Virus record (IMG/VR): IMGVR_UViG_3300025929_000012
Location: 1-64,000 of that record
DNA length: 64,000 nt
Source of the DNA: a virus
Direction: 5' to 3' (one strand)
Shown: in pieces, positions 18,927-27,264 of the stretch
How the letters are laid out: each line of letters starts with the position of its first letter
Numbering within the stretch: position 1 is the stretch's first letter
Notes under the pieces: generated by a model
Told to the model about the DNA's origin: nothing
Database searches by the model: none
The model's input: only the letters and a program-made list of their open reading frames with translations
Program-made: the position numbers and the translations under genes

Positions 18927-19165
18927 TGCTACGCTGGCCGGCGAGGGGGAAGCACGCTCAGAGGGGGGCCGTGACTGCCGTGACCGGTGACGTCGCTGAC
19001 GGGCTGCTGCCCGACGTCCGCGACATGGACATCGCCGACCTGGCCTTCGGCGGCGAGTCGGGCCTGGACCGGGCACTGGAGCGGATCCTCGCCTCTGCCG
19101 GCGAGTGCAACTTCAACAGCTTCGGCTCCAGCATCTGAGACCCGGCTGCTGCTACGCTGGCCGGC
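18927..19165 (+). repeat. 16-bp direct repeat TGCTACGCTGGCCGGC flanking the FxsA-like gene
   Basis: Exact copies at 18927-18942 and 19150-19165, each containing the -10-like TACGCT. Confidence 0.85.
18971..19138 (+). CDS. FxSxx-COOH family RiPP precursor (FxsA-like)
   Basis: 55 aa: LLPDVRDMDIADLA..SGLDRALERIL..NFNSFGSSI-COOH; RBS GAGGGG. Confidence 0.8.
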   Translation: MTAVTGDVADGLLPDVRDMDIADLAFGGESGLDRALERILASAGECNFNSFGSSI

Positions 19166-19356
19166 AGGATCCCACAGGGGGGCACGGTGAAGGATGGGCG
19201 TTCAGCCACCGCTCGCGGCGGATCCCGTGCTGGCCGGTTCCCGGAGACCGTAACCGGGCCTTGTGACCCCCCGCCCACCGCGAAGGGCGGCCCGGCGTAC
19301 CGCGACTGGCCGGGCTGCCCGCCCCCGCTCTCGCCCTTTGCGGCAGGATAAAGAGC

Positions 19357-19695
19357 GTGACCGCCGCCGTTCTCCCGCCCCTCATGCTTGAGGATCTCTT
19401 TCCCCTCATCCACCGCGGGACGCTGCCCTGCCTGGCCGCCCGTGACCTGGCTGACACCGGTGCCGCGATCGAGCGCCGCCGCCTGGATGAGGTCCACGGG
19501 TGCGCGCTGTGCGGCGAGCGGGCATGTTCGGCCTTCGCCTTCGGGCCGTCAGACCTGATCGGCTCCGCCCGGTGGCTTGACCTGTGCCCGCCGCACAGTC
19601 ACGCACTACGGCTGATGGCAGGCCGGCTGTCCTGTGCCTTCGTTACCGACGATGAGATAATCCGCCGCTATGAGGCATGGCTACGTACCCGGTGA
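19357..19695 (+). CDS. Zn-binding hypothetical protein, leaderless
   Basis: CALCG..RWLDLC..H; CAGGAT-7nt-GTG. Confidence 0.6.
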   Translation: MTAAVLPPLMLEDLFPLIHRGTLPCLAARDLADTGAAIERRRLDEVHGCALCGERACSAFAFGPSDLIGSARWLDLCPPHSHALRLMAGRLSCAFVTDDEIIRRYEAWLRTR

Positions 19696-19762
19696 CTGCC
19701 CAGCCTTCCCTGGGTCACCAAGCGGCGTGAGCTCCGGCCCGCCCTGGCGTGAGTTGAGCACC

Positions 19763-20203
19763 GTGACCCGTCCCCCTCGCCGCGCCGGCTCCCCGTGGCG
19801 CATCCTGGTCCACCAGTGGCTCGGCACCAGGAGCACGAGCGGCTTCCGCTACGGCACGGCGTACCACGTCGGCAACGACCCGGCAGCCCCCGCGCGGGGA
19901 GCGGAGACCACCCGTCAGCTGAACGCGATGCGCCCGGACCTGCAGCCGCTTCCCGGGGACGCTGAGGCGTACACGACGCTGGAGGGAACAGAGTTCGATG
20001 AGCTGGTCATCGGCCGCTGGATCCACCTGGAGCAGCAGGATTCAGGCCGCTGGTGGATGAGCATTGGCGGGGTAGTCATCAACGTGACCGCCGACAGGGA
20101 CGGGCGCCCGCGGAAGGTTGACGTCTACGGGCCGGACGATTATGACGGCCGGCAGGAAGGCTGCCGGTACGCCATCACGTGGTCAGGCGAGGAGAACCGC
20201 TGA
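19763..20203 (+). CDS. Hypothetical protein
   Basis: FDELVIGRWIHLEQ..WWMSIGG. Confidence 0.65.
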   Translation: MTRPPRRAGSPWRILVHQWLGTRSTSGFRYGTAYHVGNDPAAPARGAETTRQLNAMRPDLQPLPGDAEAYTTLEGTEFDELVIGRWIHLEQQDSGRWWMSIGGVVINVTADRDGRPRKVDVYGPDDYDGRQEGCRYAITWSGEENR

Positions 20204-20215
20204 GCGATCAACGCG

Positions 20216-20887
20216 TCATGCGGCCTCGCCGGAACTCGCGCGCCTGGCGCGCTCAGCTGCCTGCATGGCCAGTATCATCGCGCGGACCTCAGTGAAGGGG
20301 ACCTGCTCGGGAATCCGGGCATCCCCGGTGCCCTGGTACTTGCGCGCCCGCTGTATGTAGAGGAGCAGCGACTTGCCCGGGCGGAACCACTCCCCCTTCA
20401 CGCAGTGCGCGGCGAAGACCCCGTGAGCGTCGTTCTCTTCCTTCCGTCCTCCGGGCGTGGCCAGCAGGAGCCGCAGCGGGCCGTGCTCGCCGCGGAGCCT
20501 GCGCAGGCGCGGGCGGTAGCTGGCCGTGTAGCCGATCTTGATCAGCCCGTCTGACTCGCGCTGCAGGTAGTAGACGATGCTCCGGGCCTCGCGCTGGCCC
20601 TCCGCGATCACGCGGGCGCGCTCGGCCTGTTCTTTCCGGGCTGCCTCGTGGCGCTCAGGCGCTTCCGCGATGTGGCGCTTGTAGAACCAGTCGAGGGCAC
20701 GGTGGTAGTGGTGGAGGCAGAGGTCGATGTCGCCGAGGGACTCGGTTGCCCGGCGGTCGCACGGGTCGCCGGCGTCATGGGAGAGGTTCGCGGTCGCCCA
20801 CCGGGCTCCGCATGGCGGGGACGCGTCGTCCTCGCGGTCGCCGGGGACGCTCACCGGGTGGCCCGGATGCCCGCACATTGCCCGCAC
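20216..20887 (-). CDS. GIY-YIG/T5orf172-like protein
   Basis: IVYYLQ..LIKIGYT..RL..E..H..F..GEWF. Confidence 0.8.
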   Translation of the reverse strand: MRAMCGHPGHPVSVPGDREDDASPPCGARWATANLSHDAGDPCDRRATESLGDIDLCLHHYHRALDWFYKRHIAEAPERHEAARKEQAERARVIAEGQREARSIVYYLQRESDGLIKIGYTASYRPRLRRLRGEHGPLRLLLATPGGRKEENDAHGVFAAHCVKGEWFRPGKSLLLYIQRARKYQGTGDARIPEQVPFTEVRAMILAMQAAERARRASSGEAA

Positions 20888-20983
20888 GGACGCGCGAGAA
20901 TCACCCCGGTACAGTCAGGGACGGCCGGGGAAGTCAGTCTTTTCGAAAAAGGGCACATGACCTATCTAAACTCTCGATCGCCC

Positions 20984-21075
20984 GGAGGGTCGGGGACGCG
21001 CTAATCCGGTCGGGATCGCACTGCTAATGCGGTTAGGGGGTGACCCCTTCCGGGGTTCAAATCCCCGATCCTCCG
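20984..21075 (+). tRNA. tRNA-Ser(GCT) with atypical D arm; probable attP region
   Basis: Acceptor GGAGGGT/ATCCTCC; anticodon arm TCGCA-CTGCTAA-TGCGG; long variable arm; T arm CGGGG-TTCAAAT-CCCCG; TAAACT upstream; about 110 nt from integrase stop. Confidence 0.75.
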
Positions 21076-21183
21076 CTCCTGACCAGGACGTTTGCTAAAG
21101 GCCACCCGGGCCGGGAAGCCCGCACGGAGGCCCGAAAACCTGAAAGCCCGCACATTGCCCGCACGCCGGTCGGCGGGAGGCGC

Positions 21184-22626
21184 TCACCGGGCATCCCGGC
21201 CGGCCTGCGGGATGACCGCCGCCGCCTCCTCCGCCATCGCCGCCGCGATGTCCGGGAACAGGTGCACGTACACGTCCTCGGTGAACGACGCGCGACGGTG
21301 GCCGAGCATCCCCGAGATGTAACTGGTGTCCTGCCCGGCGGCCTTCCGGTAGCTGGCCGCCCCGTGCCGGAGGTCGTGGAACCGCACGGGGGGAAGGCCG
21401 ATCCGGAACGCCAGCGTCCGGAGCCGCCGGGACGCCCACTGCCCCAGCACGCCCGTGCCGTCCTCATGGGTGAACACCCGCCCGGTGTCGGTCCACGCCG
21501 GCCCCCACGCCAGCCGCTCCGCCGCCTGCACCCTCCGCCACGCCCTCAGCGCCTTCAGCGCCCGCGCCGGGATCGGCACCTCCCGCATTCCCGCCGCCGA
21601 CTTCGGGCCGTCCCCGGCCTCGGTGTCCCGCACGTACAGGACCCCGGCGTCCAGGTCCACCTCCGCCCACGTCAGGCCGACCTCCTCGCCGCGGCGCAGC
21701 CCGACGTAGACCACCAGGCACCACAGGGCGAACAGCCGCTCGCCCTCGACCGCGTCAAGGAACGCCCCGGCCTGGACCGGGGTCCACACCATCACCGGGC
21801 ACGGGCGCAGCGCCGGCGACGCCCACAGGGCTTCCCGCTCCACCGTCGTCAGCCGTTTCCCCTTCGCCTCCTCCGCCTCCGCCTCCCGGCGGGCGAGGGC
21901 CGCGCGGAACGCCGCCACTCGCGGGCCAGTCCAGGCGATTGGCTTCACCTTCACCGCGCGGGGCAGCTCCGCGCCCTGGCACGGGCTGACGATGAACATC
22001 GCTGGTATCGCGGCGTTCATCGCCGCCCGGAACGGGGCGAACATCCTCGCGACCCGGGCGGGGGACAGTGGCCGCGTGTACTTCTTGCGCCGCTCCTCCC
22101 CCTCCGGCAGGACACGGCGGTCATCATCGGCGCGGGCGGCGATCATCCGGCGCAGCATCTCCGACGGCCCGGCGCCGGGGAGGAGCGACTGGCCGATGAG
22201 CATCATCTCCCGCATGACCTCCTCGACGTGCCGGCGGCGGACGTCGGTGACCCGCATGTGGCCGAGGGCCGGAATCCAGTACAGGCGGAACGCCTCGTCG
22301 TCGGTTTCCCGGGTCCGCTTCTTCTGGTTGACCTTGCCCGCCTGGTAGGCCCGCAGGTAGTCGGCGACCTTCAGCGCCCGGTCCGGTGCCCCCGCCCCGC
22401 CGCCGACCCGGGCGAGGACCGCGGCCAGCTCGTCCTCGGCGTCCTTCTTCGTGGGGAACGGCCCGCCGACGGGCTGCCTGCGCTTCTCCCCTGGTGCCTT
22501 GGGTGCCTCGTACCGGTAGTACCAGGACCCGTGGCCCTTCTTCTTCAGGTCCGGGCAGGCGGTGTGCAGCTTCTTCCCGGTTTCCGGGTCGCGGCACCAG
22601 CACTGCCGGTAGACGGTTCCCCTCAT
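21184..22626 (-). CDS. int: Tyrosine integrase
   Basis: GLRRGE, PKS, RFHDLRH, MLGH, DVYVH catalytic motifs. Confidence 0.95.
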   Translation of the reverse strand: MRGTVYRQCWCRDPETGKKLHTACPDLKKKGHGSWYYRYEAPKAPGEKRRQPVGGPFPTKKDAEDELAAVLARVGGGAGAPDRALKVADYLRAYQAGKVNQKKRTRETDDEAFRLYWIPALGHMRVTDVRRRHVEEVMREMMLIGQSLLPGAGPSEMLRRMIAARADDDRRVLPEGEERRKKYTRPLSPARVARMFAPFRAAMNAAIPAMFIVSPCQGAELPRAVKVKPIAWTGPRVAAFRAALARREAEAEEAKGKRLTTVEREALWASPALRPCPVMVWTPVQAGAFLDAVEGERLFALWCLVVYVGLRRGEEVGLTWAEVDLDAGVLYVRDTEAGDGPKSAAGMREVPIPARALKALRAWRRVQAAERLAWGPAWTDTGRVFTHEDGTGVLGQWASRRLRTLAFRIGLPPVRFHDLRHGAASYRKAAGQDTSYISGMLGHRRASFTEDVYVHLFPDIAAAMAEEAAAVIPQAGRDAR

Positions 22627-23171
22627 CGCTTGTCTCCTTCTATGGCGGCGGCGGTCTGGTCGTCTTCCGCGGCGATCTCCCGGAGCCGGGCGGCCCTGTC
22701 GCGGTACCGGGCGGCGGCCATGGCCCGCTCGTCGGGCGCGGTGTCATCGGCGCCTGTCCACCGTGCGACGGCGGCGGCCCACTCGGGGCTGAGCCACCGG
22801 CCGGCGAGGGCGTTGAACCGGTCCCGGTACGCCTGCATGGCGGGGGCGTCGTCGTCGCTGTCGGGCATGACGAGCACGGTCATCAGCTCCGCGCGGTCGA
22901 GTGTCACGGGGCCTGCCTCATACCGGCCGTTGCCGTCGTCGGCGGGCGGGGGAAGGAACAGCGCGATGAGCGGGACGCCGAGCGCCCAGGCGATGGCGCC
23001 GAGCTCGGCGGCGTCGAACTCCCGCCGGGAGTTCTCAGCGTCTGACACGGACTGGCTGGACCAGCCGAGCCGCGCGCCGAGCTCCCGCTGGGTGAGCCCT
23101 GCCGTGCGCCGGTAGAAGGCGGTGTTCGCCCCCACGACCTCGTGGAGGGTTGACGGGGTGTCGTCTGCCAT
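22623..23171 (-). CDS. XRE-family immunity repressor
   Basis: N-term HTH GLTQRELGARLGWS..VSDAEN; leaderless TACTAT-7nt-ATG; overlaps int. Confidence 0.8.
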   Translation of the reverse strand: MADDTPSTLHEVVGANTAFYRRTAGLTQRELGARLGWSSQSVSDAENSRREFDAAELGAIAWALGVPLIALFLPPPADDGNGRYEAGPVTLDRAELMTVLVMPDSDDDAPAMQAYRDRFNALAGRWLSPEWAAAVARWTGADDTAPDERAMAAARYRDRAARLREIAAEDDQTAAAIEGDKR

Positions 23172-23319
23172 GCCAGTGATAGTACGGGACGGCTAAGGCC
23201 GGAGCCATAGTATCCGGGGAAAACTAGGGATGGCGCTTGACTATCGGGGACGGTCAGGTAAGTATGGACGGGGACGCACCTGGCTAATGCCGGGGCCATA
23301 CTCACCGGGACGGGAAGCG
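23172..23319. promoter_or_regulatory. Divergent repressor/xis switch region
   Basis: TTGACT at 23237; five GGGAYG repeats. Confidence 0.55.
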
Positions 23320-23589
23320 ATGCCAGTACCGAAGAACGGAATGTCGATGGAGGAGCTGCTTGACCTCCCCGTGAGCGTCGGCCTCCCGGTGGCGGCCAAG
23401 GCGCTCGGCATCGGCCGGAACAAGGCGTATGAGATGGCCGCCGCTGACGGGGCGCTGACGGCCGACGGGTTCCTGCCGTGCCCTGTCCGCAGGTACAAGC
23501 ACGAGTACCGGGTGACCCGCCCTGACCTGTTCCGGGCGGTCGGCCTGGAGCCGGACCTGGTGCGCCCTGCCGCGAAGCCCGCCGCCTGA
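23320..23589 (+). CDS. Excisionase/Cro-like DNA-binding protein
   Basis: ELLDLPVSV.L..AAKALGIGRNKAYEMA..PCPV.R..YRV. Confidence 0.8.
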   Translation: MPVPKNGMSMEELLDLPVSVGLPVAAKALGIGRNKAYEMAAADGALTADGFLPCPVRRYKHEYRVTRPDLFRAVGLEPDLVRPAAKPAA

Positions 23590-23601
23590 CCTTCCCCGAA
23601 C

Positions 23602-23630
23602 TTGCCCCCCACGTCTTTACCGGGTAAAGT
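23602..23630 (+). promoter_or_regulatory. Promoter with palindromic operator (copy 2)
   Basis: TTGCCC-17-TAAAGT; CTTTACCGGGTAAAG at 23615-23629. Confidence 0.75.
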
Positions 23631-23672
23631 AAAGGTAGCCGGGGGGAACCGCCCCCCGCGTGAAAGGCACAC

Positions 23673-23897
23673 ATGAGGATCCACGTCAGCGGCCCGTCAC
23701 TAGGCCCTGTCCATACAACCCTGTGGTCATCCGGCCGCAGGAAGCGCGGCAAGGGCACGGCCGGGCTGTGGGTGTTCACCATCCTCGCCTTGAGCATCTG
23801 GGCGTATGAGACGTCCCCGGTCCTCGGTGCCGGGTCAACGATCATCTTCGCGGCGATCACCGCGTGCAAGGCCCGCAAGGCATGGAAGGCACTGTAA
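23673..23897 (+). CDS. Small two-TM membrane protein
   Basis: Two hydrophobic segments; RBS GAAAGG. Confidence 0.6.
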   Translation: MRIHVSGPSLGPVHTTLWSSGRRKRGKGTAGLWVFTILALSIWAYETSPVLGAGSTIIFAAITACKARKAWKAL

Positions 23898-24045
23898 AAG
23901 CCATGGACCAGAGTGAGTTCGAGGTCACCATCGCGGTGCGCGTCCTCGCGGGCAGCGAGCAGGAGGCCCTGGAGAAGCTCAGCAAGCTAATCCGGGTCTC
24001 CTACCGGTTCAAGTACATCATCGAGGTGCAGGAAGACGGCGGCGA

Positions 24046-24234
24046 ATGACAATCGAGGAGTGCCGCGCGCACATCGGCCGGCGGGTGGCCTACCGTGCTG
24101 GCAGCCGCCTCGCCGAAGAGGGCGTGATCACCAGCGTGGCCACCACGTACGCGTTCATCCGGTATGGCAAGGCCAAGTTCTCCACAGCTACTAAGCCCGA
24201 AGACCTGACTCTCCTGGAGGCAGCTAGTGAATGA
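24046..24234 (+). CDS. Small SH3-like phage protein
   Basis: IGRRVAY..EEGVITSV..FIRY..T.PEDL. Confidence 0.6.
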   Translation: MTIEECRAHIGRRVAYRAGSRLAEEGVITSVATTYAFIRYGKAKFSTATKPEDLTLLEAASE

Positions 24235-24463
24235 GGCAGGCAAGCGGGGCCGGGAGTACCGGACCACGTTCATCCTGGAAGGCTACCCGCGCACGGTGAA
24301 GGGCCGGCAGATGCGCCGCGTGCTCGTCACTGACCCGCAGGGGCGGCAGTCGGTAGCCGCCGAGGTGCCCGATGAGTTCGCGCTGGACGTCCTCGAAGCC
24401 CTGCGAAAGGGGTACGAGCAGGGCCGGGAAGACCATGAGGAAGCATACAGGGAGCCATCATGA
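24227..24463 (+). CDS. Hypothetical protein
   Basis: Operon packing. Confidence 0.5.
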   Translation: MNEAGKRGREYRTTFILEGYPRTVKGRQMRRVLVTDPQGRQSVAAEVPDEFALDVLEALRKGYEQGREDHEEAYREPS

Positions 24464-24760
24464 GCGACACCGACGCGTGCTCCCGCTGCGGGGGCGACTG
24501 CCCGTTCAACCCGGGCTGGCCGTGAGTGCATGGGATGCGAGAACACCGGCCCGCAACCATGCCCGGCATGCCAGCCGCCCCCGCCCGGGGACCTCTCCGA
24601 AGGTGACTGGGACGACGAGCCTTGCAGCTTCGATGGCGACGACGAGGATTACGCCTACCACTACCACTGCATGAACTGCGGGGTGTGCGGCTGCCCCGGG
24701 TACTGCGACGACACGTCCACCTACAACCTTCGCCCGGCGGAGACGGGAGGGCCACAGTGA
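24460..24760 (+). CDS. Cys-rich protein with +1 frameshift near 24513
   Basis: CSRCGGDC joins ECMGC..CPAC..CMNCG in the +1 frame. Confidence 0.5.
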
Positions 24761-25011
24761 GCATGGTCACCGCCTACGACCGGGAGGTTCCCCCCGGCGC
24801 GTACCTGAAGTCATGCGACCTGGAGTACGCCGGCGGTCACGGGCTGGCGACGTGGACGGCCGACAAGTCGGAGGCCCTGGCGTTCGGCTCTTACCGGGAG
24901 GCGTTCGAGGCGTGGCGGGCTGTCCCGGAGTGCTGCCCGCTGCGCGATGACGGGGAGCCGAACAGGCCGCTGACCGCGTTCACCGTCGAGATCGAGGAAG
25001 GGCCGTCATGA
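24757..25011 (+). CDS. Conserved hypothetical phage protein
   Basis: WT.D..AL.F..A..W..P.R.DG.PNRPLTAFTVEI. Confidence 0.7.
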   Translation: MSMVTAYDREVPPGAYLKSCDLEYAGGHGLATWTADKSEALAFGSYREAFEAWRAVPECCPLRDDGEPNRPLTAFTVEIEEGPS

Positions 25012-25211
25012 GCCATCGATGCCCGGGACCGGGCTGCGGGGCGCAGGTGCCGGATCACCTGCTGATGTGCAAGCCGGACTGGCGCCGCGTACCGATCAAC
25101 CTGCGTGATGACGTGTGGGCGACGTGGCGGAACGGGCGCGGCCGGGGCATGGCCGATCATTCCGCCGCGATGCAGGCGGCCGTCAACTCGCTGAGGACGG
25201 CCTCACGGTGA
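25008..25211 (+). CDS. Small Zn-finger protein
   Basis: HRCP..GC..VP..LLMC..W..VP. Confidence 0.65.
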   Translation: MSHRCPGPGCGAQVPDHLLMCKPDWRRVPINLRDDVWATWRNGRGRGMADHSAAMQAAVNSLRTASR

Positions 25212-26518
25212 CCACTGTGACTGGCCTGGTGCCGCCGCTGGCCGCGTTCCTCCGCCCGGAACTGCCGCCCGCTGCCCTCTACGGCCTCCCCGGTGAGATC
25301 GCCACGGTCCTCGGGGAAGCCGCCGGAGCCGATCCCGCCGCGGTGCTGCTGGCGTTCCTGACGCTCCTCGGCAACGCCGCCGGCCCGCAGCCTCATGCCC
25401 GGTTCGGCGGCGCTGAGCATCCCGCCCGCCTGTTCACCGTCCTAGTGGGTGATGCGGCCACCGGGCGGAAGGGCACCGCGCTGTCGGCTGTGGAACCGCT
25501 GCTGGCGGAGGCGGACCCGGACTGGGCGGACAACCGGGTGATGTACGGATTGCAGTCTGGTGAGGCGATGATCGACCAGGTTGCTGATGGCGGCGGGGAC
25601 TGCCGGCTGATGGTGGTGGAAACGGAGTTCGCGCGGCTGGCGGAGACGATGGCCCGCACCGGCACCCTGTCCACTCACCTGCGGAACGCGTGGGATGGCC
25701 GGGTCCTGCAGCGGGCGGGGGCGAGGCAGGCGCAGCGGGCGTCACGCGCCCACGTGAGCGTCCTCGGGATGATCACCCCGGAGGAACTTTTGCGGCATCA
25801 CCGGCGGCTGTCCCAGGCCGGCGGCCTGGAGTCCCGCATCCTGTTCTGCTTCACCGCGCCCCTCCGTGACGTCAGCCCGTTCGCGGCGGCGGCCGACACC
25901 GCTTATCTCGCCGGGCGGGTCCGGCAGGTCCTGGCCGCGTCTCGTGAGACGGTGATGTCCGCGACTGACCCGGTGTCCCGGGTGCTGCTGACCTTGCGGG
26001 GCATCCAGCCCCGCACTGAGCTCCCCGTCTCCGCCGAGGTTGCGGGCGGGTGGCCGGTGACGGTGAAGCCCCGCCTCCCCGCGCACGGCGACGGCCCCCC
26101 CGGGCTGCATTCCCGCGCCGAGGCGCAAGTCATCAGGCTCGCCGCCGCCTATGCCCTCGCTGACATGTCCCCCCGGGTCACCGCCGCCCACGTTGAGGCG
26201 GCCCTGGCCGTCCAGTCGTACTGTGCCCGGTCGGCGGAGGTCGTGTTCGGGGTGCCCGTCGCGCAGCTGCCCCCGCGTGTTGACCCCCGATGCTCGGCGC
26301 GGATCGTCCGCTGCCTCCACGATGCTTACCCGGAGTGGGTGCCCCGGGATGAGATCGGCTCCGGTGTCCTCCACGGCAACGTCCCCGCTACCACCGTTGA
26401 CGCGGCCCTCAAGAGCCTCACCGGGCGCGGGCTCATCGAACGGCAGCAGGTCCCGACCGCGGGCAGGCCCCGCGAGGAGTACCGGCTCACCGCCCCCCAG
26501 CTGACCCTTTTCCCTTAA
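25208..26518 (+). CDS. DUF3987/YfjI-like P-loop protein
   Basis: ADPAA..LVG..TGRKGT..SGE..E.EF..AWDG..HVS..ITP..SRILF. Confidence 0.8.
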   Translation: MTTVTGLVPPLAAFLRPELPPAALYGLPGEIATVLGEAAGADPAAVLLAFLTLLGNAAGPQPHARFGGAEHPARLFTVLVGDAATGRKGTALSAVEPLLAEADPDWADNRVMYGLQSGEAMIDQVADGGGDCRLMVVETEFARLAETMARTGTLSTHLRNAWDGRVLQRAGARQAQRASRAHVSVLGMITPEELLRHHRRLSQAGGLESRILFCFTAPLRDVSPFAAAADTAYLAGRVRQVLAASRETVMSATDPVSRVLLTLRGIQPRTELPVSAEVAGGWPVTVKPRLPAHGDGPPGLHSRAEAQVIRLAAAYALADMSPRVTAAHVEAALAVQSYCARSAEVVFGVPVAQLPPRVDPRCSARIVRCLHDAYPEWVPRDEIGSGVLHGNVPATTVDAALKSLTGRGLIERQQVPTAGRPREEYRLTAPQLTLFP

Positions 26519-26543
26519 CCCCGTCCCCCCTAGGAGGCCCGTG

Positions 26544-26657
26544 ATGAACATCGGGGAAGAATCCGATCCGGTTGAGGTGCCGCTGCCGCTGCACCCCGGT
26601 CAGGTTCCGGCTGCTGAGCCGGTACCCGCGCCTGCGCCTGAGCTGGTGCCCGCATGA
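26544..26657 (+). CDS. 37-aa Pro-rich peptide MNIGEESDPVEVP.. (absent from ORF track)
   Basis: Strong RBS AGGAGG; ATGA overlap with next gene. Confidence 0.65.
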   Translation: MNIGEESDPVEVPLPLHPGQVPAAEPVPAPAPELVPA

Positions 26658-26965
26658 GCGAGAACCCCGCCGGGACTGTCCGCCGCGCCGCGAAGCTAAT
26701 GCGGGAACGGGCCGCGCTGGTGCCGCCGCCGCCGTGGTACTCAGCGGTGCATGACGTGACCACACATGACGGCCTTGACGTGATCGCGTCCTCCGGGCTG
26801 ACCGTGCGCGCCCAATATGTCGCGTCCATGCACCCGGGCGTCGCCCTGGCCGTCGCTGACTGGCTCGATGAGGTGGCGGCCGACCGTCACGCCGCCTTGC
26901 CCGCATGGGTTGAGGCTGCGGCGCTCACCGTCGCCAGCGCCTACCTAGGCGAGGTCCCGGCGTGA
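26654..26965 (+). CDS. Hypothetical phage protein (related to 14386-14808 family)
   Basis: RRAAKLMRERA..PPW..ASMHPGVALAVADWLD..AL.VA.AYL. Confidence 0.65.
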   Translation: MSENPAGTVRRAAKLMRERAALVPPPPWYSAVHDVTTHDGLDVIASSGLTVRAQYVASMHPGVALAVADWLDEVAADRHAALPAWVEAAALTVASAYLGEVPA

Positions 26966-27264
26966 GCACCCCGGAGGATCTCGCGCTCACGGCACTGCGC
27001 GCCGCTACTGACCAGCATGCCGCCGGGCTGCGGGACCTCGCGGACGTGACGCCCGGCCTTGCCGAGCTTTCCGGGGCGATGGCACGGATGATCCTGGAGC
27101 AGTGCCCGGATACGGACGGGCGTGCCGTCATCGCTGCCGCGCAGGCAGCGAACGGGGCTATCGCCCTGACCGAACGCGGAGGCGGGGCGCTAGATGCGAT
27201 CGGGGTGGTCAACCTGCTCATGCTCGCCGGGCGATCCATTGCCGAGGACGGAGCGCCATCATGA
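26962..27264 (+). CDS. Hypothetical protein
   Basis: Operon packing. Confidence 0.5.
   Translation: MSTPEDLALTALRAATDQHAAGLRDLADVTPGLAELSGAMARMILEQCPDTDGRAVIAAAQAANGAIALTERGGGALDAIGVVNLLMLAGRSIAEDGAPS

Noticed and set aside
20984-21183. Prophage boundary (attL/attR) at the tRNA
   Set aside because: Phage-type genes continue on both sides; no host DNA is visible
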